DNA of 64,000 nt, from positions 2,728,001-2,792,000 of the forward strand of contig CM120641.1 of assembly GCA_051362555.1 (NCBI GenBank), written 5' to 3'. Under the pieces are notes generated by a model. The model worked only from the letters and a program-made list of their open reading frames with translations, was not told the origin of the DNA and did no database searches. This DNA comes from Lingula anatina. Taxonomy: Eukaryota > Animalia > Brachiopoda. The translations under genes and the position numbers were made by a program. Shown here one piece after another: positions 34,606-47,500 of this stretch; within the stretch, counting starts at the first letter, position 1, and every line of letters starts with the position of its first letter.

Positions 34606-37083
34606 TCACGATTCTTCTGAATCAGAAGGCTCCGATTGTTCATGATGCACCAGACCGTCCCCCGTGTATCGTCTTTGTCGTTGAGGCTGAGGTGCTACGA
34701 GGCGGCGCTGGGAGAAGAAGTGTCTAATTCTGGTGAAGAAACCTACGTTATGGTGTCCAGTTCCTGGAAAAGATGAGGCCTGCTGGTCCTGCGGTTCTCT
34801 TTCCTGCAAGAGAAAAATCAGATAAAATTGTTATAACATGTTCTCACATAACTGATGACAAAGTCTGTTGTTTCTGTTTTTCCAACCTTTCTGATAAAAT
34901 GATAATAATGATGTTACTGCAATGCAGACTTTGCTCTACTTAAAATGGGTAAAAAAATTAAACAATAACAAAGATAAGATCAATCATTTTTAACAAACAA
35001 AATCTGATACCATAAAAAAGTCACAGATGTAGTCTACATGTAGATACATCGCCACTGCTCTGAGTCTAATGAGAAGAAACAAAGTGAACTTACTGGTACT
35101 TGGTATTCAGATCTGTATGACAAATGAAACTCGTCACTGATTCTCCTCAATTCCTGGCCAATTTCAGACTCTGTCCGGATGCGCCTGAGAGCGGGGACGG
35201 ACATTGCTCTTCCCCGAGACACAGGGACGATGTCAGGCAAAGGCATGGAGTCGGTTCTCTGTCTTGTTGCTTCATCCTCCACATCACCATGTCCAAGTCT
35301 GATCTGTTCAACTGCATTGCCTGGTAAATATTTAAAACAGAAAACTTAAACCAACACTCAAACACACGCATGGAGCCTTCCCGATTAGTTCAATTTTGAT
35401 ATTTTAAAAAAATAACTAAATAAATGGATCAATACAAAGTTCCTATCTACTGTTTATACATGCTTTTTCAGTGTCATAGCAACTAATGAAACAATTTTAT
35501 TACTTTCTGTATGAGGACATCATGACAGTTTAGATTTATTGAAGGAAAACTACTTTCCTTTTTTTACTGGATTTATCTTTACATGATTAGAGGTTAATTT
35601 ACATTTAAATCCTTCAATTATAAACAAGAAAACTTTCAACCTCAAACACTAAACACGATAAAGAAAATTCCCATTCAAGTTTAGGCATGTTGCAATAGAC
35701 AGGTGACTATGATCAATATGTAAATTGGATTCCCAATCAAAACAAATATTGCCAACTCAGTGAAAATGACCAACTGTTCCATTATGACACAAGAAATTTG
35801 GCAAAGCTTTACCCTGTCACCCATCTTATCTCAACGTAGTCACATACACAGGGCATGACATGTGACATAGGGACATTATTATCAACATAAATCAACACAT
35901 GCTGAGCAAGTTGTATCAGATAAAATGGAAAATTACACAACGTGGGTCATCTTTAATAAGAGCCTCAGAGCATAAAAGCGTTTGATTGTCCTGAACCTTA
36001 ATGTAAACTAATAGTTATTTTATACTGGTTCACCCAACTTGGTAATCTTAATTCAGTAAAACCACAAATACATAAATTCAAGTGCATTAATGTGGGAGCA
36101 TGGGAAATTTCCAACTCTCATGTTTCTTAACCTTAATTCTCATTTCACTTTTACACCAATGGGATTTACAAGCTTATTTCACATTTTCCACCACCTACAT
36201 ACAATTCAGTTATAGTAAATAAAATGAAACTTAACAGAATAAATATTTTTTTCTCATTGACATTTTAGAAATTGTATGGCTCATCCTAATTATAATGTGT
36301 ATACATATTACAGGTGATTGTGCAATTTGATAATAATTGTTTTTGTCTCTTTATATATATATATATATTCAAATGGGATCTTAATACTGTAATGTCTATC
36401 TTTGGTGAAATGATGTTGAATCAAGAAGCTGGTAGAATTTCTATACAGTTGCAGTATAATAATTATGACATCAAACTGATATGACTTGACTTACCAACAA
36501 AACTGATCCTTCTTGTGATCCCGTAAGCCCCACACAGAGGTCCGTGTTCAAACACCAGTTCTCCTCTAATAGCATGTGTCATCATCTGTCCTGCGATGTG
36601 CGTGGTTTGCGTGCCAACCTCACGACAATCGCACTGGCGCCCTGTAGCGTGGTCTAAGAATTCTTGGGGAAAGGATCCAGTAGAAAAACGGTGCAATAAT
36701 GGCGCTGGACGGGCGGTGCTGGGGGAAAGGCCAAGTGGCGATGGCACTTCTTGGTAAAGGGGTGCATTAGCGCCTGAGCGGCGCTGTGACCGTGACCTGC
36801 GGGGAATTGCGATAGGCTGTGAAACTGGAGTTGAGGCTCCTTGTGGTTCATCTTCAAACAACTGGTCTTGATCTTCTGAGGTAGTCTCCGTATCCCACAT
36901 CACTGAGGAGTCTCCAAATGTGAAATGTGACTTTTCCTGTAGAACATTACCCGGTGAGGCATAGCCACTGTCTCGTTTTGAAAGAGGTGACAGCTCTTGA
37001 CTTTTTACCCTTTGGTCATGTTTATCTCCTGTGTGAATTCTGTGCAATGGATGGGGTTTTGTCTTTTCAGTGTCTTTCTCCAT
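34606..37083 (-). CDS. BH3-only pro-apoptotic BCL-2 family protein (BIM/BMF/BAD-like), 3 coding exons, 337 aa
   Basis: Exons 37083-36495, 35320-35094, 34803-34606 (GT-AG, 1014 nt in frame). BH3 motif EIGQELRRISDEF, LC8-type motif CREVGTQT, DSGYAS, RQRTDSMP and RGRAMSVP in a low-complexity, probably disordered chain. Acceptor at 37112; probable non-coding exon 1 ending at donor 38009. Confidence 0.88.
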
Positions 37084-38009
37084 TTTTACATCTTATTATT
37101 GCAGCTCTGATTCTGAAAAATAGAGCAAACACCTAATTAAATTCTTTGAAATTCTGTTTTTTTGTTTTTTTTTTTTTGTAGATTCACCCCTTCGATTTTC
37201 CATGAAGTATTTCCCACAAACAGATTAGATTAATCTTGAAATGGTTTAAACTTTCAATTGTCTACGTAATACATATAGATGAGACACAAGTTGCTATGTT
37301 TTAGGCTACAAATCATAATATTAAAATCACACATACATACGAAAAAAAAAATGTACACGCAATTTTGATAAATACAAATACTAGTATTCCCATTTTTGTC
37401 TCTGAACAGTCTCAAGTTTTGCAATTTTTTTCAGAGGTAAAAATCAAAAGCTTGGGTTTGACGATCAACAATGTTTTAGTTAAACTTTAGGTATAAACAG
37501 GGAATATTGGAGTTAACTGCCAAGCAGTGTGATGATCAAAACTTAAAACTTGTTGAGGGTGTCAGAAAATTACATCTAAATCAAATCTTTTGGAACCATA
37601 AAAAAATTGAATCATAAAAAGCGATCAAAATGATACTTATACACTCATTAAAAACTCCCTAAAACAATCAACTCATTGAAACACCCTAAAACGATCAACA
37701 GTGATAAAGATCGTAATTAAATACCAATTAATTCACCTGTGAAAGTTAACCATAGTTCTTAATTGAAAGCTAATTAAGGCGAGTCCACAAATATTAACGC
37801 TGTAACATGATCAGAATCCATGCTGACAGCGACACGCTAGCTGCACATGATCGATATCAACTTCAATTTCATCCTCAGTGCGCCAAATCTAAACAAACCC
37901 GTCCATAATCTGATGTAATCTACGCAGGTAAATAAAACGGATATAAAATGAGGCTTGGCATTGTGAAAAAAAGATACAAGTTCATGTTTATATCGAACTT
38001 AGACTTACT

Positions 38010-38503
38010 GAACTTTGTCCTCAGTGTCAACACTTCTCCCGCCCAAACATAGCTCAGAATTTCTACTGAAGGTATTTAGCTTACGCTTTGTGTTTTGATG
38101 AGATCATCTGTTTACACCACGCTGAACCAATCACGGCAAAGGTGATTCCAAAAGTTTTTGACAGGTCCATGCACGTCCCTAGAGACTTAAGAGCCGCTGA
38201 CAAGAGTAGCAAGTTGCATGCTAAATTTATCTGTGTACTCTACAAATTTCCACTGACAAGATGTTCTAGTAAATGGTTTAAAATCTGATTGCTTGTTCTA
38301 ATTTCACAAATAAACAGCTAAGTTTATCCAAGGTCAACTTCACAATGTTGAAACTGCCACCAAAGACGTCATCGTTGTCAAAAATTCTCGCGAGATTGTA
38401 AAATGGCGGCCGCCACAAAATTGAACAATGTGTGGATTAGGTTGCTGTGTCCATGAATTCGGAAGTCATTAAGATGTAGTCACTTGCTCATCAAATTTAT
38501 GCA
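38010..38503. promoter_or_regulatory. Bidirectional promoter BH3-only gene / kinase
   Basis: TGTTTAC (FoxO-type) 38109-38115, CCAAT 38127-38131, GACGTCA (CRE-like) ~38365, palindrome TCTCGCGAGA 38386-38395, YY1 consensus AAAATGGCGGC 38400-38410, CGGAAGT (ETS) ~38460; lies between the first exons of two divergent genes. Confidence 0.75.
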
Positions 38504-41500
38504 ATGGATAGCAACAAAATAAGGTGTTTTCAGCCTCCTATGAGGTAAATGTTTATGTTTTATATATATTGCTTTTGTTTTAACAAGAACTCAAACGAGT
38601 CTAAGGCAGGTTTCCGCATCGCGTTATTCCTCTTTCTCTTTCTTAATTTAATTTCTTATAAGAATCTAGATTCACATAATGTAAGCTCGAATGTCTACAA
38701 CTACCTTTTTAAATGTGTCAAACAGTATTCTGATCCCATTGCCATGTTTATGAGTAGTCGATGTTTGGGGACATCAAAAGAGTAAACTAGCAACAGTTTG
38801 AATTGCAACTTAAATTTTTTTTAAAATAAGGTTCTGGATAGTGGATTAACAATGACATCAAAGTGTATACATGCCACACAATTCGGCAAAAGAGACACAG
38901 TAGAACCAAGTGTTTAAAAACCCTACATCTTAGGCTACATTCTCCGTAGCTAGCTGTACATGAGTGCAAAACAAACAATACCATTTGAGATAAGGAAATG
39001 TCAAGCACATTATGGGAGTAGCTGTCACATTTCACATTTAACGAACAGTTACTTGATCAGTAGGTAGCTGATGAGTGTCAAGTGACAGTCATATTTTCCT
39101 TATACAAACAGCAGTTGCAAACATGACAATACTCGAAATGTGTATATCATTTTAACAATATTGTGTAACACCTGTAAATAAGTCTGTCCGAAATAATTCA
39201 TAGAAAAATTAGAATACACATACTTATGAAGTGTTCGCAATGCTGTAAACAGAAAAAATTCTTACCCATGGGAATTGAGTTAATTTAGTTACACCCCATT
39301 TCCATAGATTTTTAGATCGATCTATCCCTGTGGGGAGTCTCACTAGATTACTGTCAGCTTGGTCAGCTTAAGCGTCTGTCCCGCCTACTAAAAGCTGTAA
39401 GGGGGTAATTAACTATGGTGTCTGCTCGGCTGACTGCAATTTAGCCTGAACCCCCAGGGAGTTAGGTCGATCTAAAACTTAATCTTTAGATCGATCTAAA
39501 TCTCTGGGAAAGCACCTTTAGGAACCCAGAGATTTACATTGAAGAAGACTGGGAGTGGGGCATGTGTGATCATAGATGGTTCTGTTCAACATAATTAAAG
39601 TCTAAACAGTGTTTTCTCATTGTTATTTTTGGCAATGATTTGTTGTCAGTGCTTCATCTTGGTGGTTTCCCAGGGTACAATTTCTACATCTAATATTTAG
39701 TGAACTATTATCTTAAAGCTTGATTGACAGGTAAATTGACAACCTTACCTTTGGGTCTTTTTCAAATGTTAGTTGGGATTTTGAAGTACCTGGTAAAGCT
39801 TATTTCAGAACAATTGAATAACCGATTTAGAAAAATCATCATTATGTCATGACATTTAGCCCTTGCCAAGTTTTGATCTGTATAAAATTAAAGATAAAGC
39901 AAAGTGTGACAAGATTTGGCACTATTTCTAGATTTGCCTAAAATAAAGAAGAATACTTTGCTTAAATCATAGATATGCTGGCCTATCAGTCTGTTATCTT
40001 TGACTATTGAAAAAAAAGTTATTGGTATATTTTGTGATCAGACAGTGCATCCAGGCACCATATCTTTATAAACAAAACAAAAAAGTCAAAATATTTTGAT
40101 GCAGCAATATGCCTTAGTTATTATTTGATTTATCATTTATGACAACAGTTCAGTTGTTCAATTTTTTTCTTCTCTAGGTCCAGGGACGTACTTGTTCGAA
40201 TCCCGCCCCCACTTACGCACACCTCGGCCTATGTCACTGGTGGGCTGGGGAATCTATACAGTAGGATACACAAGAAGAGAAATACTAAGAAATCTGTCTT
40301 GGTTCCAGAGGCACATCCTAACCGTGGTTAGTATTTGAGAAAAAAAAATATAATATTTAATTTTTTTTTAATTTGTGTTTTTTAATAATATGTTATTGGT
40401 AGAAAGTTTGAATAGCCAAAATCATTTAATTAACTAAGTAACTGATAAGGAGCTAATAAAAGCAGAAACACAGTTTTGGCAGGAAAAGTGAAAAAACATA
40501 ATAGAAAACTAGTTCCTCAAGTAAGTGATGGAAAGCATATCACAGTAAACTAAGACCTCCATTTCTTTTAATCATACACGTCTGGTTTAAGTTTGAGGTT
40601 GTGATCGCTGTTTATAATGGTGTTTTCTTACCACTGAGGAAGGCTTTCTTTACATATATTCATCGCATTAACAAAATATATTTTTACTACATTAAAAAAA
40701 CTGGATAGGTTTGTTTATGAATCCATTATATATTGCCCTTAATCTCATAAGGTTTTTAAAAGCTTTGATTATTTGTATTTTTCTTTGTGTCCTGTAATAA
40801 CTTGTCTAACATATATGTGTAAAGGTTAATTGTGTGGAAAAACAATGAACAGTGTGTTTATGTTGCTCCCTAATATAAAATTTAAAACTGGCATTTGAAT
40901 TGAAATCGAGAGAAGAATAACAAATATTGATTTGAAATAAAGAATTCATTACATTATTGATTCTATCAATAAGATCAGATGGAACAGTGTCTTTGTTTCT
41001 GAGGTCAACTTAAAATAACAACGATCCAATAAGTGAAAAGTTTAAAGGTCTTTGAAAAGTAAACACTTGGAAAATTGCCAACAATGACACTCAAACAGGA
41101 CATTGTTATTATGTACATATAACATGCCCAGCTGATATCCTTAAACATATAAGAGAATTGCCTGACAAAATGGTACAGTGGTTTAAATGAAAGTAATAAA
41201 TTAAAATCAATGGCTATGTGAGGCCTAACATGTCATTTTGAGTGATGAGTAATGGCTATGTTCACCAGGGAGACTGCCATAACAGAGCTGGTAATATTTC
41301 TTAATTTAAAAACAATCCCCATTCTCACACATAATGTACAGAATAAAATATCAATAACCTACCTGATGTGATGAAACTATGGAAATTAGATAAAGTTATG
41401 TAACCACCAAATAATCTGTCCACCTCTTCCTCTCAGAAAGCTGATGTCGCTACTCTCTGCTTTCAATTAGATTAATCTGCTTTTTAAATCTATACACTGG

Positions 41501-44500
41501 CCAGATGCCAGGGTTTGGAGCGAGGAGCTCATTGTTTACCTTTGCTGTGCAGCACGTTGGTTATATGTATTGTACTGCAGTCTGTGCACTAAGCCTCGGC
41601 ATAGGGCAGCGTGTGTACATAAAGGAATATGTCCTGCTGGCGAGGTGAAGAGATCAACAGGTGACTGGTGCAGGCTATGGTAGTGCCTAGATGTGTGCTG
41701 TTCTTCAACTTGCCCGTGTCAGAACATTAGACAATCAATTACAGCCTAATCTCCCCCCCCTCTCCAATTTTTTTTTCTGAGCACTGAGCTGGTCTGGGAT
41801 TGGTTAAGACAACAGAGAGAGAGTGCACCGCCGCAGTGTGCAGAGCCCCTCGATGCTGCAGCTCTCTGTCAGTCATTTTCTGACTGAGCAAGTTTTAGCT
41901 CCAGGCGATGCTACCTGGGACCCTATCAAGATCCACTGGTTATTCACTCTCTGCTGAGTCATCATCTTCCACTGTGCTTTTTTATTTCTTTTGCGTCTTT
42001 GGTCTGGGGATTTTGTTCAGCACTTTAAACTCAACACACCAGGGAATACTAAGATACGAGTTCTGCTTGATCTAGTGGCTTTTCTTTTCTTTTTTTTTTT
42101 TTTTTGAATAAGTAAAGAAGATGAATAAACAAACATGTAAATTAAATTAAAAGTTGAACGTTTAAAAATAAATCAAAATACATAAAAAAATAATGTTGTA
42201 AAGTTGAGTGGTTGATAATTTTTCACACCTGCCCTTGAAGTTTAGTTTTCTTTGGTATCCATAGTTAAAACAAACTTATTTACAGTTTTGATATTTCATG
42301 ATTACAAAAGAAGATAAGTAAACCAACATGCAAATTTAATAAAAAGTTGATGTACATGAAAAAATAAAGCAAAAGAGATTAAAGATAATATGTTGATAAT
42401 TTGATGAATTGATAATATTTTAATTTTCACAGCAGCCCCTTCACCTTTGTAATGCTTGTTAAAACAAACTCATTTAGAGTGAAGAAAATGTATCAACTAA
42501 CAGTCCCATGATATTTCTTCACTTTCAGGTCTTGTCCACTATACTGATGAGAAGGGCTGTTTTCATCCCGATTGCACCCTACCACTGCTGGCACAGCGCT
42601 ATAAATTCTTGGGGATGATAGGAAAAGGACAGTCTTCAGTTTTTCTCAGGGCACAGGTAAGATAAAATAACACCTGTAGTTCTCACTCTATTGTAAACAA
42701 AATGTTTACCTAGGCTTTGTTCTTTGAAAATGTGAGATTTTGGAGTTTCAGAGATACAGCCTCTTTCCATACTTCTCTCTCTACTAAATTTTTAAAAATT
42801 TTCTATTATCAAGTTTTTGCATGATTAAAATATTTAGTTATTCCCAAAAGTGATAAAAAGAGCATTAATATAATGATCATGTACATACAAGTCTTTTCTT
42901 ATCAGTAATTTTTGCTATTTTTAGTAAGAAGTCATAGAGTTTACTTTAGTGACATACATCTGGTTACAGTGGTACTTTCTAATGTTAGCTACAGAGGACT
43001 ATATTTAACCCTTCACTTTTGCCTTGTTAAACTCAAAGAATACAAATAGGATCCCTGGTTTACATTATTTAACATTGGCTTTGTTGGTGGAACTGAGATC
43101 TCAAGGTATATAAATAAAGGTGACCGGTCCACATGTGAAATAATAACTCACATTTGCCAAGACAAACAAATATTTACAGTGAAAATTAACAGTTCGTAAC
43201 CTCGCCTGGTCTTTCTTGTATAAAATTGGACGTAAATAGATGTCTCTTAGTACACAAAGAGCTGTTGAAGTTGCTACATTTGGTAATAATGGCGCTGGAT
43301 GAAGTTTACAAAAGGAAAGATTAAAGGTTTAATTGTTTCTAATTGATTTCCTGGATTATTGTTATAAAACCTATTATCAATCATCACTCTGAAATTAAGT
43401 CCATTGTGTATCTAATGAAGAAAAAGAACATGAAAAATTATGCCAATATGCATAAGGAAATATAGATTTAAAAAGCATTGATTTTTCATGATAAGTCAAC
43501 GTTAAGTACACATCAATTTCACACTCATTTTGATATGTTTAATCTGCAGAAGATAATAGATATGATAAGTACGTGTGCTGGCACACACAAGACACCTGTA
43601 CAAATATTTAGTGCAGTGTTAATTACATGCTCAGGATATTCAACTTGTAATGCTCCGTCAACTGTTGTCTTTGTGTGGTCCCTCATTGCAGGAGTAGCTG
43701 AGAGTTGAAAGTGTTTCTTTACCAATAGTCCACAAGTTACTTTGAAGTTGATATTGATATTGACACTGGTGATACAATGGGGGAAAAAACCTTTTATCAT
43801 ATGTGAGGTGGAGTTAAAAAACATGTTTTTCTTTTGACATTGTGAAGGAGGAGTGTAAGAAGCTAGTATTGTTCTTGACAGAAGGTTATGCACGTGGCTA
43901 CAGATATCGTGTTACTCTGCTATTTCTCATTGGTCCATGGCATGTGTCAAATAATTAAATCCTGGTTGATTTAGATTTATGCTTCTCATTTTTTACTTCA
44001 AATGAGGTTGCCATTTATATCATAACAATATCATATTTAACACATCCAGTTTTGTTTATATTATGTTACTTAAAAATTTTCCTGGAAGTGGAAGAAATTG
44101 TATCAGGATTTTGATTCAGGCATGAGCTTTTTTAGTCTACATTAAAAGAAATAATAATGCAGATTGTATTGAGCAATTCCCTAAAGCATCATGTTCAAAC
44201 ATAAAAGAATGTTATGCCTAACCCACCTTTGACCAACAGATAAGACAAGAGATAAAAAATTGCCCTTCCATATTTTTTTATCAAAATGATCAAACAAATT
44301 AAAATGGCCCTGATAGTAAAAATCCACCTGTGACAGTTTTGGGTTTGGTGGTTTTATAAGTTGAAAAATAAAATATTGTTTAGACTTACCTTATTTTAAT
44401 GAACTCTAGACCAGTATCTTTAGCAGCTTCACTTATAGTTTGCAACATGCAAATATCTCCTAAGTTCTAGCTGAGTGAAATCTAATATTGATGTCATGGG

Positions 44501-47500
44501 CATTATTTAAGTACCTGTGCATCACATTTCCCCTTTTATTTGCCTGTGGCCGTCCTTGCGTCATGACTCGGTGACATGTCTTTATGAATCACACGTGGGA
44601 CGTGTTCTATTTGCTGTCCTAATCAAAGGTATTTAGGAAAACCACAGACGCCACATCCAGATGATTTGTTTTAGGAATAACAAAAAAGAAAAGAGAAAAC
44701 AAAACAGAAACAATGGCGGAGGTAGGGCTGTGTGGATGCTGTTATAAACATGACTTTTATTAATAACAATAATAATATCCGCAGGCCCATAGTATTTGTT
44801 CCAACCATAGCAAGTTAGAAAAGACAACGATGAAAAAAAGATGAAAAATTGACTTTAAATAAATGGAAATAAAGGCATTAGCTCACATTGCGGATGCTGT
44901 TGTAAACATGATTTTATGGACAACAACATCAGCAGTCTTATTTATTGACCAAGAACAGTGACACTATTCCTTTCTTTTTGATATTTTCTTAAAAACCTCT
45001 AGCTTTATTTGATGTTGCCAATCCTTTAAGGACTTAATCATTATTGATTATTAGTGCAACTGTGAAATAAGTTGACTTGATAAATAAACAAGGTGGTTGC
45101 AATTTTTATTGAAAAGTGAGTTAAGGACAAGTTTTGCTTCTTCCATCTGATGGAAGTTATCAGTAAAAATTATGAAAGAAGAATTTTTTTAAAGATCAAT
45201 TTGAATCGATTTCAAATGAACATTTTACATTAATTTCCTTCTCTTAAAATTATGACAAAAGGAGAAAATTTTGAAGATCAAGAGGAATCAATTTCAAATG
45301 CAGAAACTACATTTTAACTCATTTCCTTATCCAGTAACTTAGAAAAAAAAAACAAAAAAACTCTCATCAATGTTTTTAATTGATATTTTAGGACACCTTT
45401 AAAGATGAGGTTAAAGTATCCATCAAAGTCCTCCACACCAACTTTCAGCCTATAGGTGCCCAGGAGAGTGACTGTATACGCCGCCTGAATCAAGCTGATC
45501 CCTACCACTTGGCACCAATCTTAAGATTACAGGTAATTGATATATTAACTGTTATCGAATTTGACAAAAAGTTAAAAAAAAAAACAAGTAGCTGAATTTT
45601 TAAAATTGAATCTTTTTTTTGAAAAAAGGTGTGTATATTTATATTGTGAAAATTTACTTGCAAAGTTTACTCAAGGTCCTTTAATTTTCTAGCTCATGTT
45701 CTATCTCTGAAAGTCATTAAAAAATTAGAAAGAACCTTTTACTAACCAAGGAAAAAATTTTTTTATTAAAAATGAACGAGTTGGTTCTGACTTTTGTATC
45801 ATTTTGAGAACCAAAATGTTTCTGTGCCAAACACATATTACTTTCAGTGCTTAAAGAAAAGTAAGATTGTTTTTTCTTTTACCTTATCATCAATTTAAAA
45901 TAAAAAATTAACTGCCTTAATTATGTCCTTTCTTATGTATTTTAGATATTTTCACTTAATTTATACAAGTATGCCTAATTCTTTTCTTAGTATAGATAGA
46001 AGTAGATAGAAGCATATATATACAGAACTAACCTCTGTCTTTGTTCCGTCAAGTCAACCATCCTGATCAGTGTCTGCCCCTCTTAATGCCACAAGAAATA
46101 TTTCTATGTAATATATGTATGTGTTTGTACTTCATTTATGGTGCTACATTTTTGTGGGTCCATCATTTTCGCAATGCCTTTCCTGGACCTAAGGTGATAG
46201 TTTATCTGGCCACACCCATGGATAACGAATACACACACACCTGGATATGGATAGCAATTGTTGCTAACTACATTTTCTTGCCAAACTGGTGATTTTAGAA
46301 CAATATATATCATTCTTATTCTTGGCAGCATTCTTTTTTTCTTTCCTATTGTTTTGGCTATGGCTGTTGCAGTTTGTAATCCAAACCCTTTTTTCTCTGC
46401 CATTTATCCTAAAAGTTAAACAAAATGTCCTTTTCTCTAATGCTTTTGAAACAAAAAATATTGTTAAAAGATACAAATTACCCTTTTTGTTTCTTGCTGT
46501 GGTTCCATGATTGAGAAGTTGGTCAGACTAATAGAAATATTGCCTCTTCACAAGGTGTTTTTGATCCTGCGGCAATACTTATAATACAAACATGTTCATC
46601 TCCAGAACCCCACTGCAAACTCACACAGGTTTACCCACCTGTATTTTAAACCCAAACCACCTCATTCCACACATATGAAGGTTTGAGGTGTCGGGCGTGG
46701 TCGCGATACAGCATACAAATTTAGCAGACCCACAGTGTTCCTGCATGCGTAATGCACATATTACTCGCGCTCGCGTGAAGACACCTTGCCTCCATGACAC
46801 ATCGGAAAAGAATGTTGCAGAAACCCGAAGAGAGAAGACTAACTATCCAGATTGACCCTATTTTGCTAGATAACCACACATGAAGAAAAAATGCACTACT
46901 TAATATGATACGATACACTAATTGTTGATGATATCCAGTTAATTGATTCATAACTTGGTTGAATTATTGAGTTATATCAGTGACTTGCATTATGATTGAA
47001 GCTCTTCGAAATGATTGTTGACAGCTTGAATTAATTATTAAAAAAGAAAAAGATATATATATGAATATATTTATAAATACCATTTTCAGTCAGCAATTTT
47101 TGTTCAAAAGAAAAATGAAAATGAGTCATGATAGGAAATCTTAAAGTTCAAAAGGTTAAATCTATTTAAGAAAAAATTAAGAATTATGGAGAAGAATTGT
47201 CATCAAACAATGACCTGTGTAAAATAAGTATATTCAAAGAAAAACTAGGTATGTAATTCTTGATTCTAAACATAATTTTTTTAGTCTGCACCCCCCCTTC
47301 CCCCAAAATAAAAAAAAGAAAAGACTGCAAAGTATACATGATTAGTCATAAACTTGATAGATAACAGCTGCTAAAGTATATTATACCTGGATAACATCTT
47401 TTTCTAACTTATCTCTCTCTAACCTGCTAATCTTCTGTCAAAACAGGCTTCCCTTTTTTTATTCATTTTTTATCCAAAAGAATGTTGTTTTGCAATGTGA

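Noticed and set aside
38207-38223. CAAG...CATG as a p53 response element in the BH3 promoter
   Set aside because: The two CWWG cores are 3 bp apart instead of 6, so they cannot form two decamer half-sites.
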